Positions 9,518 to 18,723 of a stretch of 37,117 nucleotides of DNA are shown here, in pieces. Position numbers and translations under genes: made by a program. Positions within the stretch are counted from its first letter, which is position 1; each line of letters begins with the position of its first letter. This DNA comes from a virus: IMG/VR virus record IMGVR_UViG_3300019477_000150. The stretch is one strand, 5' to 3'. The notes below the pieces were generated by a model. The model saw only the letters and a list, made by a program, of their open reading frames with translations, was not told the DNA's origin and did not search any database.

Positions 9518-10143
9518 TGCTTAAATTTAAAGAGCTTTTGCAACTTCTAGCCATTGTCGTCATTGAGCTACCGCTCGAGATACTTGGCTACATAATAGTG
9601 CCGATCGCTCTAGCGTTTTGTAATAAGCAAAGCGAACACTTGCCAAAGTGGGCTAGGTATTTTGAGGACGCAAGCGACCTATATGACGGCATAAATTCAG
9701 CCATAAACGGCGATAGTGGCTGGCGAAAAGAGCACTATCCAAACGGCAAAAATAGGAAGTATTTTGCACGTCTATTATGGTTATATCGTAACCGAATAGG
9801 CTACTTTTCAAGCCGAATAAACGGCGTAAAAGTGAGCGATATAGAGCCATCAAGTGTAAGAGTGCAAGGCAATCCAAAAGTAACAAGCAATGGCGGAGCG
9901 GTTAGTGACTTTTGCAAAGTGACACTAAAACTAAAGGACGGACGCACTCGTTTTGGACTTTACAAAACGATCCGCTACAAAGGCTTTTTAAGCGGCTTTT
10001 ATTGCCGTATTTATGTAGGCTGGAAATTGCTAGACGTGGCAGAGATGAACGAATACAACAAGGCTACATTTATGCAGCCAGACGACAAGGCATTTTTAAA
10101 GAGCGCATGGGCTATCAATCCAATAAAAAGGGTAAAAAGATGA
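9517..10143 (+). CDS. Hypothetical membrane-anchored protein, 208 aa.
   Basis: ATG 9517 (SD AAAGGA 6 nt upstream) is preferred over the GTG at 9514. N-terminal hydrophobic segment. Confidence 0.45.
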   Translation: MLKFKELLQLLAIVVIELPLEILGYIIVPIALAFCNKQSEHLPKWARYFEDASDLYDGINSAINGDSGWRKEHYPNGKNRKYFARLLWLYRNRIGYFSSRINGVKVSDIEPSSVRVQGNPKVTSNGGAVSDFCKVTLKLKDGRTRFGLYKTIRYKGFLSGFYCRIYVGWKLLDVAEMNEYNKATFMQPDDKAFLKSAWAINPIKRVKR

Positions 10144-10490
10144 GCGATAAATTTTATATAGGGGCTATCTTATTTTTGAGCTTTGTTATTGGCGTGCTTT
10201 ATTGGCTAAACAATAACGCAGCGGAGAAAATCGACGAGCTAACTAAAAAGATAGCGTTAAAAGAGTCAAATAACGCAGTAATGAAAGCCGATCTTGATAC
10301 TTGCAAAGCAAAGATAGAGCTTGTAAATGTAAGCCTAAAGGCGCTAAGTGTGCCAAAACAAGACGAAGCAAAGATAAAAGAGCGTGTTATAACTAGGGTT
10401 GAGCGCGTGGCAGTGCCTATCAAAGACGCTGCGTGCGAGGAAAAGCTAAATTTTTACGAAAGGTTACTCAATGAAGCTAATAGTAAGTAG
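10140..10490 (+). CDS. Rz-like i-spanin candidate (N-terminal TM anchor plus periplasmic coiled coil), 116 aa.
   Basis: ATGA-coupled start at 10140 (MSDKFYIGAILFLSFVIGVLYWL...), the true start inside track ORF 9912..10490. Type-II membrane topology. It overlaps a downstream lipoprotein gene by 20 nt, as Rz/Rz1 pairs do. Confidence 0.5.
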   Translation: MSDKFYIGAILFLSFVIGVLYWLNNNAAEKIDELTKKIALKESNNAVMKADLDTCKAKIELVNVSLKALSVPKQDEAKIKERVITRVERVAVPIKDAACEEKLNFYERLLNEANSK

Positions 10491-10719
10491 CCTATTGGTG
10501 GCGTTTTTCATAATCGGTTGTAGCTCAAAGCCTGAAGTGATAGTAAAAACACAATATCAAGATGTATATGTGCCTATTGCGTGTATAAAAGAGATGCCAG
10601 CAAAGCCAAAGTATAGCCCTAGCGATTTGCAAAGTGCTAAAGAGTTAATGGGCTACTTTCTGACATGCGAGGAGTTGTTAAAAGGGTGTGTAAATGGAAC
10701 GAATAATAAAGAAAACTAA
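10471..10719 (+). CDS. Rz1-like o-spanin candidate (outer-membrane lipoprotein), 82 aa.
   Basis: Signal peptide with lipobox (LLVAFFIIG|C), Pro-rich, small size, and overlap with the i-spanin gene. Confidence 0.5.
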   Translation: MKLIVSSLLVAFFIIGCSSKPEVIVKTQYQDVYVPIACIKEMPAKPKYSPSDLQSAKELMGYFLTCEELLKGCVNGTNNKEN

Positions 10720-10818
10720 AGCCTTTTGGCTTAATAAGATGGTCGTAATAGAAATAATATTATCCGTCCTAATAATGTATGTTTTTACATATAAATTTTA
10801 AAAAAAAGGGGCTGGGTA

Positions 10819-11187
10819 ATGGATGACTTAATGGATAGGCTAGGCTTTTACTTTTGGGTGATAGTAGTTGGCTTTGTGGGTGGCGTGTTAAGCATTGCAG
10901 GGGGCAACGCCAAGGTTGCAAGCGATGGCAAGGCTATCATAAATTTTTTCGTTGGCACTATTAGCTCGACTTTTATATGTTGGGTGGCTTACGAGGCAGC
11001 ATTTTATTTCACAGAAAAAGGGAGCTTTAGTCTCGCAGTTGGTGGCTTTTTTGCTTGGCGTGGCACAGCTTGGGTTAGCGCCGTGATTGATAAAGCGATA
11101 GATAAAAAGATAGACAACTTAAGCGATAACAACTATGACTATCCGCCAAGACCCCCTCGTGACTACGATATAGGAGATGAAAAATGA
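10819..11187 (+). CDS. Holin candidate (3 predicted TM segments, charged C-terminus), 122 aa.
   Basis: Three hydrophobic stretches followed by a D/K-rich tail. ATGA overlap with the endolysin start. SD AAGGGG. Confidence 0.45.
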   Translation: MDDLMDRLGFYFWVIVVGFVGGVLSIAGGNAKVASDGKAIINFFVGTISSTFICWVAYEAAFYFTEKGSFSLAVGGFFAWRGTAWVSAVIDKAIDKKIDNLSDNNYDYPPRPPRDYDIGDEK

Positions 11188-11735
11188 ACTACACACAAGC
11201 TTTTAATCTTTTAATGAGTTTAGAATTTAGTCGTCCTGAGAAGGCCCTACATAAAAATCCAACAGAAAATGGGCTAACTTTTATGGGCATTTATGAAGCA
11301 GCGAACCCAAACTGGCAAGGCTGGGGGCAAGTTAGGGCAGCTATCAACGCATACGGCGATCTTGAAAAGGCTAGCGTCGCTTTGTATAACGATGATGCAC
11401 TTGTAAATTTAGTCGCAAGCTTTTACAAGAAAACATACTGGGACGCTCTATGCCTAGATGACGTAAATAGCCAACTAAAAGCAAATGAGCTTTTTTGCTT
11501 TGCGGTCAATGTTGGAGTAAAAAGTGCCGTGCGTGTACTTCAAAATATGCTAGGGCTTACAAGTGACGGCGTAATGGGGGCTAATACACTAAAAGCACTA
11601 AATGCCTATGATACGGTAGCCTTTGATAGCGATTTTGATAGAGCAGAGATCGCCTATTATCGAAATTTAATAAGAAAAAACCCACGCCTTGGCGTATATG
11701 AGCGAGGCTGGGAGAATAGAGCGAGGAGTGTGTAA
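11184..11735 (+). CDS. Endolysin: GH108-like N-acetylmuramidase with C-terminal peptidoglycan-binding domain.
   Basis: N-terminal ...LEFS...NPTENGLTFMGI resembles the GH108 EGG..DP.D.GG.T..GI block. The C-terminal VRVLQNMLGLTSDGVMGANTLKALNAY is a PG-binding (PG_binding_3-like) motif. Sits in a lysis-cassette context. Confidence 0.6.
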   Translation: MNYTQAFNLLMSLEFSRPEKALHKNPTENGLTFMGIYEAANPNWQGWGQVRAAINAYGDLEKASVALYNDDALVNLVASFYKKTYWDALCLDDVNSQLKANELFCFAVNVGVKSAVRVLQNMLGLTSDGVMGANTLKALNAYDTVAFDSDFDRAEIAYYRNLIRKNPRLGVYERGWENRARSV

Positions 11736-12001
11736 TGGCTGAAAGAAATTTAGGCGCTGAGATCGATGAAATAAAAGCACAACTACAAATAATTACGAAT
11801 AAGATCAGCAACCTAGAAAGTGAAGATAGGGCGCTAAGAAGCTTATCAGGTGATTTAAACAACGCTATTAACTCGCTTAGTTCAAGAGTTGGTGCAATAG
11901 AAACAAATGGACTAAAAACAGCCATAGGTGACATAAAAACAGACCTAAATTTACAAAAAATGAAAGTAACTAGACTGGAGAGAAAAGACAATGGACTTTA
12001 A
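11735..12001 (+). CDS. Hypothetical coiled-coil protein, 88 aa.
   Basis: ORF whose start overlaps the endolysin stop. Confidence 0.4.
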   Translation: MAERNLGAEIDEIKAQLQIITNKISNLESEDRALRSLSGDLNNAINSLSSRVGAIETNGLKTAIGDIKTDLNLQKMKVTRLERKDNGL

Positions 12002-12641
12002 AAACGCATATTTAGAAAGAACGAGAGAGTTATTAAAATTAAGCATTGGTGCTGATACACCATATCAAGAAACACTAAAATATCTTGATGGTTGTTTTGA
12101 GAAATATGAGATACCAAATCAGCACAGGATAAATGTGCTTTCTCAAATGCTCCCCCTTATTACAACGCAATTTACTATTACAGCGATGCAAACTGGGCTG
12201 GAGCTAACACAGCAGGATTTGAGCTTTGAACTATCGCTAAAAAACCTTGAAAAGCAAGCAGCCGCAATGGATGCTAACATTGAGGGTATAAAAGAACAAA
12301 CTAGAAACACAAAGCTAAAAAACGACGAGCTAGAGGCTCAAGCGGCAGATAAACTAGAAAATTTAAAAGAGCAAAACAATCTTTTACGCGCTCAAATAGC
12401 AAAACTAGCAAAAGAGCAAGCACTAGCGGAGAGCCAGCAGCGAGCAGTAGATAGACAAGTAATCGACAATAGGATAATCAAATCAATGTCAGTGATTGGA
12501 AACTTTATCCCAGAAAACCAAAATGGCGGGTTATTAGTACCGTCTGACATGATAAGATACCTATTTGATTTGATACATGCTTTTATTGCAGGTGATATAA
12601 CGGTCGATAAAATCAAAAACTTCACAATGACAAAGAAATGA
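11991..12641 (+). CDS. Hypothetical protein, 216 aa (coiled coil); possible virion or tail component.
   Basis: ORF that overlaps both neighbours. Confidence 0.4.
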   Translation: MDFKNAYLERTRELLKLSIGADTPYQETLKYLDGCFEKYEIPNQHRINVLSQMLPLITTQFTITAMQTGLELTQQDLSFELSLKNLEKQAAAMDANIEGIKEQTRNTKLKNDELEAQAADKLENLKEQNNLLRAQIAKLAKEQALAESQQRAVDRQVIDNRIIKSMSVIGNFIPENQNGGLLVPSDMIRYLFDLIHAFIAGDITVDKIKNFTMTKK

Positions 12642-14389
12642 TCGGCTTAAGTGATATATTAAATTTAACAAACTCAGACACTGGCGACGACTATGAGTTT
12701 ATGGCTGGTGGCCAGTTTGATTTTTATCAAGCAGGCAGTCTTGGCTACTCTGCTTTTAACACACCTTCGCCTGATCTAAGGAGCTTTTTTATCGCGCAAG
12801 CTGGCAACTTAAGTGGCGCAATAGTTGGGTTAAATGAAGACTTTGCTGAATACGTGCTAATGCCTATGATAATCGCTATAAACCAGCCTGACTATAATAC
12901 GAGTATAAATTTACTCTTAGACGGCGTAGAAGCAGTATCTAAAATAAAATTCTCTACTCCTAAAAACTCAAACAGAGATAATCGCTTTGGCAGAATAGAC
13001 GGCAATGGATTTGCTAGTTTGCAAAGAGGCGACTACACAAGCCTAAAAGAGTTTGTAAGCGAGCTAAGAAACGACAGCTATGCCGAAAATCTAGCTGAGG
13101 ACGTCGGCAGGATGTATGGTGGCGTAGTAGGTCAAGCTTTGGCTGGCATGCTATATGACGGCATTGTAAATGGACGCTTTAGCGCGATGAACGTAGCTGA
13201 GGCGATGTATCAAAATATGAAAAGCACGCTAACCTCGGTCGCTATCCAAAACACACTTTCAGCACTTGGCACAACTATATCTCCACTTGGTGTAGCCCCG
13301 ATAGCTGGGCTGATTAACGCTCTTGTGACCGAAGTTTTTGAGATGGCAGTAGGGCTTGATAATAGCTTTGGTTTTGGTGGTGATCTAAACGCAGTCGTTG
13401 GAAATACAGCATTTTATGATCGCCCTATGAGCTTTGGTGAGTTTATGCAAGATACGTTTAGCGGTTGGTTTGGCATACCTGACACAGTGATAGGACAAAC
13501 TGACTACAACGGCAACATAACTGGTGTAAGAGTTGGCAAACAATTATATGGATACAAAATGGAGCAAACCTTTGATGATGCACTACATGGCAGACCTGGC
13601 ACAAAAACGCTGACTAGCCTTGATCCAGCAAGAGCAGCGATGCAAAATTTCGCACGCAATAAATTAGATAGTATAAGGGTGCAAAGCTCACTAATGACAA
13701 ATATGCGCATGGATAGCCTAGGCAGGCTAAACTACGAGATAAACACTCGCACATCGCTACAAAATGCAGGTTTTGATACAACACTATCAGATGTGGCATT
13801 TAGTGCGACACAGCAAATAACAAAATCATTGCTTGATAAAGTAGTAACTTTTGATTTTAATGCCTTTAATATCGCGCCAGCTGGAGCGTCAGAAAGTGAT
13901 CACGCTAACGCTAGCACAACAGCTAGGGAAAACACATATACTGGCTCAAATGAGTGGGCAAAAACTGCCACAAAACTTGCATCAATAATGAGAAATGGCG
14001 GCAATGGGCTTGGAGTGTCAGTTGATAAAAACGGAAATTTTAGTTTTTCAAATACTCCAGCGGGCAACATGGTAGAGGCAATGGGGTTAGTTGGCTTTGG
14101 TGGGGCAAAAATAGACTATGGGCTTGCTTCAAAAGTAGCTGCTGCCCTTGCTGCTGCAAAAACGGCTATCGAAAAACAAAAAGCAGCAGAAGCTGCCGCT
14201 AGCAAAAATGGAGGAAGTGGCGGTAGCGATTTTAGTCACAGCGTTGGAAGCGCCCGCCACACTGCTTTTGATGACAGAAACTTTAGTGATAAATTTTCTG
14301 GTAGGGACTGGGGTGGAAATAAAAAACAAGCAGGTGGGCGTAGTGCTGCTAGTAGAGAAAGGCAGGCTAACAAAAACGGACGAAGATAA
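12638..14389 (+). CDS. Large structural-type protein, 583 aa (Gly/Ala-rich C-terminus); function unknown, possible tail or nozzle protein.
   Basis: Long ORF, ATGA-coupled to the upstream gene. Gly/Ala-rich, virion-protein-like composition. Confidence 0.45.
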   Translation: MIGLSDILNLTNSDTGDDYEFMAGGQFDFYQAGSLGYSAFNTPSPDLRSFFIAQAGNLSGAIVGLNEDFAEYVLMPMIIAINQPDYNTSINLLLDGVEAVSKIKFSTPKNSNRDNRFGRIDGNGFASLQRGDYTSLKEFVSELRNDSYAENLAEDVGRMYGGVVGQALAGMLYDGIVNGRFSAMNVAEAMYQNMKSTLTSVAIQNTLSALGTTISPLGVAPIAGLINALVTEVFEMAVGLDNSFGFGGDLNAVVGNTAFYDRPMSFGEFMQDTFSGWFGIPDTVIGQTDYNGNITGVRVGKQLYGYKMEQTFDDALHGRPGTKTLTSLDPARAAMQNFARNKLDSIRVQSSLMTNMRMDSLGRLNYEINTRTSLQNAGFDTTLSDVAFSATQQITKSLLDKVVTFDFNAFNIAPAGASESDHANASTTARENTYTGSNEWAKTATKLASIMRNGGNGLGVSVDKNGNFSFSNTPAGNMVEAMGLVGFGGAKIDYGLASKVAAALAAAKTAIEKQKAAEAAASKNGGSGGSDFSHSVGSARHTAFDDRNFSDKFSGRDWGGNKKQAGGRSAASRERQANKNGRR

Positions 14390-14399
14390 TTTTTTGTAA

Positions 14400-14670
14400 A
14401 ATAAAAAGCGTGTTTAAAACCAAAAATGTATAAAAAAATGTATAACTAAAAAATCTAAAGTATTTATTTATAGGGCTATATAAAGATTTTTTTGGCGTCA
14501 TTCGGGGCCACCATTACTGCTTTTTATATCAATTTATACTCATTTATTTTTATTTATAGAAGTCCTAAATTTAGCTTCTAAAAAGTATTTTTCAATTTAT
14601 ATTAATTTATAAATATTTATACTTATTTACAATCAAAGTGTATAACAAAATGTATAACCAAGGAATAAAC
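14400..14670. promoter_or_regulatory. attP-like region upstream of int. AT-rich, with direct repeats (TTTATTTATAG x2; (A/G)TGTATAAC x4) flanking a short GC-rich core (14494..14520).
   Basis: ATGTATAAAA 14426, ATGTATAACT 14438, GTGTATAACA 14638 and ATGTATAACC 14650. The GC core is GGCGTCATTCGGGGCCACCATTACTGC. Position is immediately 5' of the integrase. Confidence 0.4.
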
Positions 14671-15870
14671 ATGCCTAAAATTTTAAACATCTCGCAGGTA
14701 AAAAAACTAACCCACGATGACAAAAAGCTTAAAAATCACTCCATTGATAGCACTTGCTCACTTTACCTTGCTTGTTTTGACAATGGCACTAAAATTTATA
14801 AGATGCGCACAAAAAGTGGCTATATAACGATAGGGCGGTATGAGGATATAAGTTTAGCAGAAGCAAGGGATATGGCAAAGAGTATGCGAAAAGAAAAGCT
14901 TGGCTTAGTAGTAAAGAGCAAAGCCCTTGGCGAGTGCTTTTATGAGTGGCTAGACATAAAGATCCCGCACATTGATGACGAAAAGATAAGGCAGAAACGT
15001 CGTAAGCAGATAAATAGGGTAAATAAGCACATCTTAAAGCCACTTGGCAGCAAAAATATTAGTGAGATAACAAAGCAGGATATTTTGGATGCGACTAAGG
15101 GTGTGAGCTTGGAGAGTGCAAAGAAAATTTTAACAACGCTAAGATATGTTTTTAAATTTGCTAGGGGAAATGGTTTTGTAAAGGATATTAGTTTTTTGCT
15201 TGAAATAATAGAGGATAAAAGAGATATTTTTGTAAATAAAAAGGTCGAGCATAGAAAAGGTATAACAAGCGAGCTTAGGTTAAAAGAGATAATCACCTGC
15301 GTTCATGAAGCAAGGATAAACCAAGTGGTTAAAAATATGTTTTTCTTTAACCTTTTAACCGCACAGCGCCCCCACCAAATAAGAGAGCTTACGTGGGATA
15401 GGGTAGATTTGCAAAAAGGGCTTATCTACTTTTACGAAGAGCAAAACAAGACTGGACTAAATGTGAGACTGCCGCTATCAAAGCAAGCGATAGAAATTTT
15501 AAATTTTCAGCGCGCTATTAACGATAACGGCAAGGCAGTCTTTAAATCTCCTTTTAACTCACGTGTTAGCGGTCAAGCCTTTTGCGATGCTGTGCTTTTA
15601 AAAACGCTAAAAAGTATCGGCATAAACGACCTTCACGCACACGGCTTTCGCGCTACTTTTGCTACCTTTGCGATCCGCGCAAATGAGGGCAACAAAGCGA
15701 TGTTTGAAAAAAGAGTGATAGATGAGATATTGCTTCACACGGTAGGCAGTGACGTGGATAAGGCTTATTTTAGGGATTTTAACACGAGTGAGCAACTTCG
15801 CGTTTTGCAATGGTGGGATAATTTTTTATTTGAGCTTTGCGGTTTTAAATTTTGCCAAATCAGCCTCTAA
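14671..15870 (+). CDS. int: Tyrosine site-specific integrase (phage integrase family).
   Basis: C-terminal catalytic signature ...HAHGFRATFATFA...LLHTVGSDVDKAYFR (H-x-x-R ... Y). SD AAGGA before ATG 14671; the track's GTG 14638 lies inside the arm-type repeats. Confidence 0.85.
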   Translation: MPKILNISQVKKLTHDDKKLKNHSIDSTCSLYLACFDNGTKIYKMRTKSGYITIGRYEDISLAEARDMAKSMRKEKLGLVVKSKALGECFYEWLDIKIPHIDDEKIRQKRRKQINRVNKHILKPLGSKNISEITKQDILDATKGVSLESAKKILTTLRYVFKFARGNGFVKDISFLLEIIEDKRDIFVNKKVEHRKGITSELRLKEIITCVHEARINQVVKNMFFFNLLTAQRPHQIRELTWDRVDLQKGLIYFYEEQNKTGLNVRLPLSKQAIEILNFQRAINDNGKAVFKSPFNSRVSGQAFCDAVLLKTLKSIGINDLHAHGFRATFATFAIRANEGNKAMFEKRVIDEILLHTVGSDVDKAYFRDFNTSEQLRVLQWWDNFLFELCGFKFCQISL

Positions 15871-16035
15871 CCAATCAAGCGGATAGCGGATAACGCCGTT
15901 CATCTCGATGTATCTGGGGACAAATTCATACTTATTTTTGTTTTTTGGCATACGCATAAGGGCTAAAATGTTGCTGTTTTTAGAATAACCCAAAAACTCC
16001 GTAGCCTCTTTTTGGTTTAATAGCCTTTGGTTCAT
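15826..16035 (-). CDS. AlpA/Xis-like small DNA-binding protein (excisionase/transcriptional regulator candidate), 69 aa.
   Basis: EATEFLGYSKNS...IRYPLDWL resembles AlpA-family HTH proteins. It is convergent with int and overlaps its 3' end. Confidence 0.45.
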   Translation of the reverse strand: MNQRLLNQKEATEFLGYSKNSNILALMRMPKNKNKYEFVPRYIEMNGVIRYPLDWLEADLAKFKTAKLK

Positions 16036-16214
16036 TTTTTATCCTTTATATAATCTTTCAACTCTCGTAATGCGTGCCGTAAATAACGGACGTCGCATTT
16101 AAAGAGCAAACCTTGTATTTGCTCAACTAAATTTATTTTTTCATTGTGTGCCTCGCAAAACACCTCTAGGTTTGCAAGGGCTGCTAAATGTTTTTCTCTT
16201 TCTGGGCTACTCAT
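16032..16214 (-). CDS. Hypothetical protein, 60 aa.
   Basis: ORF overlap-coupled to its neighbours. Confidence 0.35.
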   Translation of the reverse strand: MSSPEREKHLAALANLEVFCEAHNEKINLVEQIQGLLFKCDVRYLRHALRELKDYIKDKK

Positions 16215-16563
16215 CTAATAACTCCTTATTCTCATAGATGTTGCCTAAGACTTTTAGGGCATAGACATCATCGAGATATTCAAGATAATGCCTCTCAGCT
16301 CTGACAAAAAAGCTTGCACTATCTTCGTAATATTTAACTTCTCCTATATAGTCTTCACCCCCAGATGTGCCAAAACGCACTATGTCACCCTCATATATTT
16401 CTTTGCCGTTTTTGTCTTTTAGGCCAGTGTATTGGGAGTAAGATATTTCCTCTGTATCTTTGAACTCTGTAGTTAAATCCGCTGTAACAAAGCTAAAGCT
16501 AGTCATAGGGCTGACCCATTTATTACGACGCTTACTCCACGCTCTAAATTTAATCTTTTTCAT
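16207..16563 (-). CDS. YopX-family phage protein.
   Basis: MKKIKFRAW...YTGLKDKNGKEIYEGDIV matches the YopX signature. Confidence 0.55.
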   Translation of the reverse strand: MKKIKFRAWSKRRNKWVSPMTSFSFVTADLTTEFKDTEEISYSQYTGLKDKNGKEIYEGDIVRFGTSGGEDYIGEVKYYEDSASFFVRAERHYLEYLDDVYALKVLGNIYENKELLDE

Positions 16564-16844
16564 GGCATTACCGTTTCTAAAGCACCTATTACTGTTTTTT
16601 TTATTTTTTCTTTTATAAATCCTTTAGGATCTTCTTTAAAATTATCAAACTTATACAAGATAAGAAAAGGTAAAAATATAAAAAACATGTATAAAAAGGC
16701 AAAGGCTACACCTATATAACATATTAGCCTCCCCAAAAACCCTAAAAGTAGCACGGGAACTGCCCCTATAAAACCAAGTATTATAAAAAATACTATCGCC
16801 ACCTGATCCCATATACTTATGTATCTCATTATCAATCCTTTCAA
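16560..16844 (-). CDS. Small integral membrane protein (2-3 TM), 94 aa.
   Basis: Hydrophobic ORF that overlaps its neighbours. Confidence 0.4.
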   Translation of the reverse strand: MKGLIMRYISIWDQVAIVFFIILGFIGAVPVLLLGFLGRLICYIGVAFAFLYMFFIFLPFLILYKFDNFKEDPKGFIKEKIKKTVIGALETVMP

Positions 16845-17290
16845 ATATTCTCAATATAAAAATAAGCCAGCGTTTGGCTATCCTCTGCTTCTTTGCGGTA
16901 TTTTGTATCACAACTCTTGTTCGAGATATACGCTATCTTGTCTTTATTCATCGCGTAAAAATCAGCTAGTATCGGCGCTAATCTTTGCCCTTTGCGTTCA
17001 TTTGGTGCTAAGCGCAAATAAAGCAGATCGCATGCTAGCTGTGGCGCCGTTGTGCTAAAGCTCTTTTTGGCAATGCATGCCTTGTTATCCAAAGCGTTTA
17101 TTTGAGTTTCTATCCGCCTTTTAAATGCGTGATAGTGCCCCACTATTGGCGTCATCGCCTCGATCAGCTCATCAATAAACTTGCTCGCTTTTTTGTTTAT
17201 GAATAGCCCTAGCTTCTCGGTGCTGTCCATTTGCAAGAAGCTATATGCCATTACAAAAATGGCTGCGTCTTTTAATTCAGCCGTTGTCAT
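16841..17290 (-). CDS. Hypothetical protein, 149 aa.
   Basis: ORF. Confidence 0.4.
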   Translation of the reverse strand: MTTAELKDAAIFVMAYSFLQMDSTEKLGLFINKKASKFIDELIEAMTPIVGHYHAFKRRIETQINALDNKACIAKKSFSTTAPQLACDLLYLRLAPNERKGQRLAPILADFYAMNKDKIAYISNKSCDTKYRKEAEDSQTLAYFYIENI

Positions 17291-17483
17291 TGTTGCTTCC
17301 TACATCAAGACTAGGGCTAAATGCATCTTTCCCTTTGACCCTATATTTAAACCTGCTAAAGTCAAACTCTGGGCTAAGTAAATTTCCCCAAAATTCCTCA
17401 ACAACGCTATCAATATTTGTATATTCAATATCCTCGCCGTTATCATAAGCTCGGATAACTTCTATTTTCTCTTTAATTGTCAT
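17277..17483 (-). CDS. Hypothetical protein, 68 aa.
   Basis: ORF overlap-coupled to its neighbours. Confidence 0.35.
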   Translation of the reverse strand: MTIKEKIEVIRAYDNGEDIEYTNIDSVVEEFWGNLLSPEFDFSRFKYRVKGKDAFSPSLDVGSNNDNG

Positions 17484-17718
17484 CGCTCACTCCGTTTAGA
17501 TTTTTGCCTTTTAGTATTTGCAACACATCTTGCTTTGAAAATTTAGAAGCTGGGCTTAGCTCGATTTTACTAAGCCAGTAGCGGTCTAGTTTTTCGCCGT
17601 AGTATTTCACGGCTTTATCGAAGCTCATGCGAGGTGGCAGTCGCCCGCATATCACAAAAACGCCATTTTTCATTTGCATTTTTTCTTTTTCTCTCACAAT
17701 CTTTTCGCCATAAGTCAT
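17473..17718 (-). CDS. Hypothetical protein, 81 aa.
   Basis: ORF. Confidence 0.35.
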   Translation of the reverse strand: MTYGEKIVREKEKMQMKNGVFVICGRLPPRMSFDKAVKYYGEKLDRYWLSKIELSPASKFSKQDVLQILKGKNLNGVSDDN

Positions 17719-17905
17719 TATTTATTCCTTTCTTTATTGTGTTTTAAGTTTGTAGGATGCATAATTTAAGGATAAAAAATATGCAAATCGAATTTACTCC
17801 GTTGGAGTTGGTCAAGAAATTACCAAAATTTGCATATTTACCTTATATTTTTATATAAGGTTTTGCCCGTTGGGCTTGTATTAGGGGCTTAATAGCCCCT
17901 TTCTT

Positions 17906-18202
17906 TTAAAAGCTTAATTCGCCACACTCTATATCATTATTTTCATTTTTCAATATGCCAAAAGGGTAAGCATTTAGCTCATCGATATAATATGGGTTGT
18001 CTTCGTTGCAGTGGATATAGCGACCATACCCCAAAAGATCAAAAGCGGAGTATAGATCACTTTCGTTTTCGCCAGCTTTCGCCGAAATAAAATTAATAAA
18101 ATTTTTATATGTAGGCTCTGCACCGATCTCGTTTTTTAATTTATCCCACTCATCGGCGGTAAAAAGTATCGCCTCAAATCTTTCGCTTATTGCTTCTCTC
18201 AT
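17906..18202 (-). CDS. Hypothetical protein, 98 aa.
   Basis: ORF. Confidence 0.35.
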   Translation of the reverse strand: MREAISERFEAILFTADEWDKLKNEIGAEPTYKNFINFISAKAGENESDLYSAFDLLGYGRYIHCNEDNPYYIDELNAYPFGILKNENNDIECGELSF

Positions 18203-18227
18203 TTTTAATCCTTTCTTAAAAGGGCGA

Positions 18228-18566
18228 TTATTCGCCCCTCGCTATTTTCTCAGCCCACTTTAGACCGTATGCCATTTCTTCGCCGTCTATTATTTTGCAG
18301 ATAGCCATAGGCACATAGTCAAAGCCAACAGCTGGGTTTTCTATATTGTGTCTTTGGTCAATTATGAAAGATGCATTGTCGCAGTTTCTCATGAAAGATA
18401 CAAATCTATCCCAAAGTGGCTCAAACTCGCCAACTTCATCAGCGTCAAACATAGTGGCAAAGTTTTCTTTTGCTTCTGCTTTGCCACTCTCTAGGTTTTC
18501 TTCAAATTTTGCTAGTATTTTCTCTGCCCAAGCTATTTGTTTTTCGCTTCCTTTTAGCTCTCTCAT
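18228..18566 (-). CDS. Hypothetical protein, 112 aa.
   Basis: ORF. Confidence 0.4.
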   Translation of the reverse strand: MRELKGSEKQIAWAEKILAKFEENLESGKAEAKENFATMFDADEVGEFEPLWDRFVSFMRNCDNASFIIDQRHNIENPAVGFDYVPMAICKIIDGEEMAYGLKWAEKIARGE

Positions 18567-18723
18567 CTCTTATCCTTTTTCTTTTTTATTTAAAGGTTAA
18601 TTATCTTAACCTTTATGGGAGAATTATAACAAGTATCTTATTAAAGTAAGCTTAAAAATATAAAGATAATTAATTATTTTTTGTATTTTTATAAAGATTT
18701 TTAACTTTTTTACAAAAAATATA

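Noticed and set aside
9912-10139. 5' extension of track ORF 9912..10490 (192 aa)
   Set aside because: It overlaps the preceding 208-aa gene out of frame for 230 nt. An ATGA-coupled internal start at 10140 gives a clean TM-plus-coiled-coil i-spanin-like protein.
14148-14399. 83-aa + ORF and 66-aa - ORF at the end of the 583-aa gene
   Set aside because: They are alternative frames inside the Gly/Ala-rich C-terminus of the 583-aa protein and have no independent signals.
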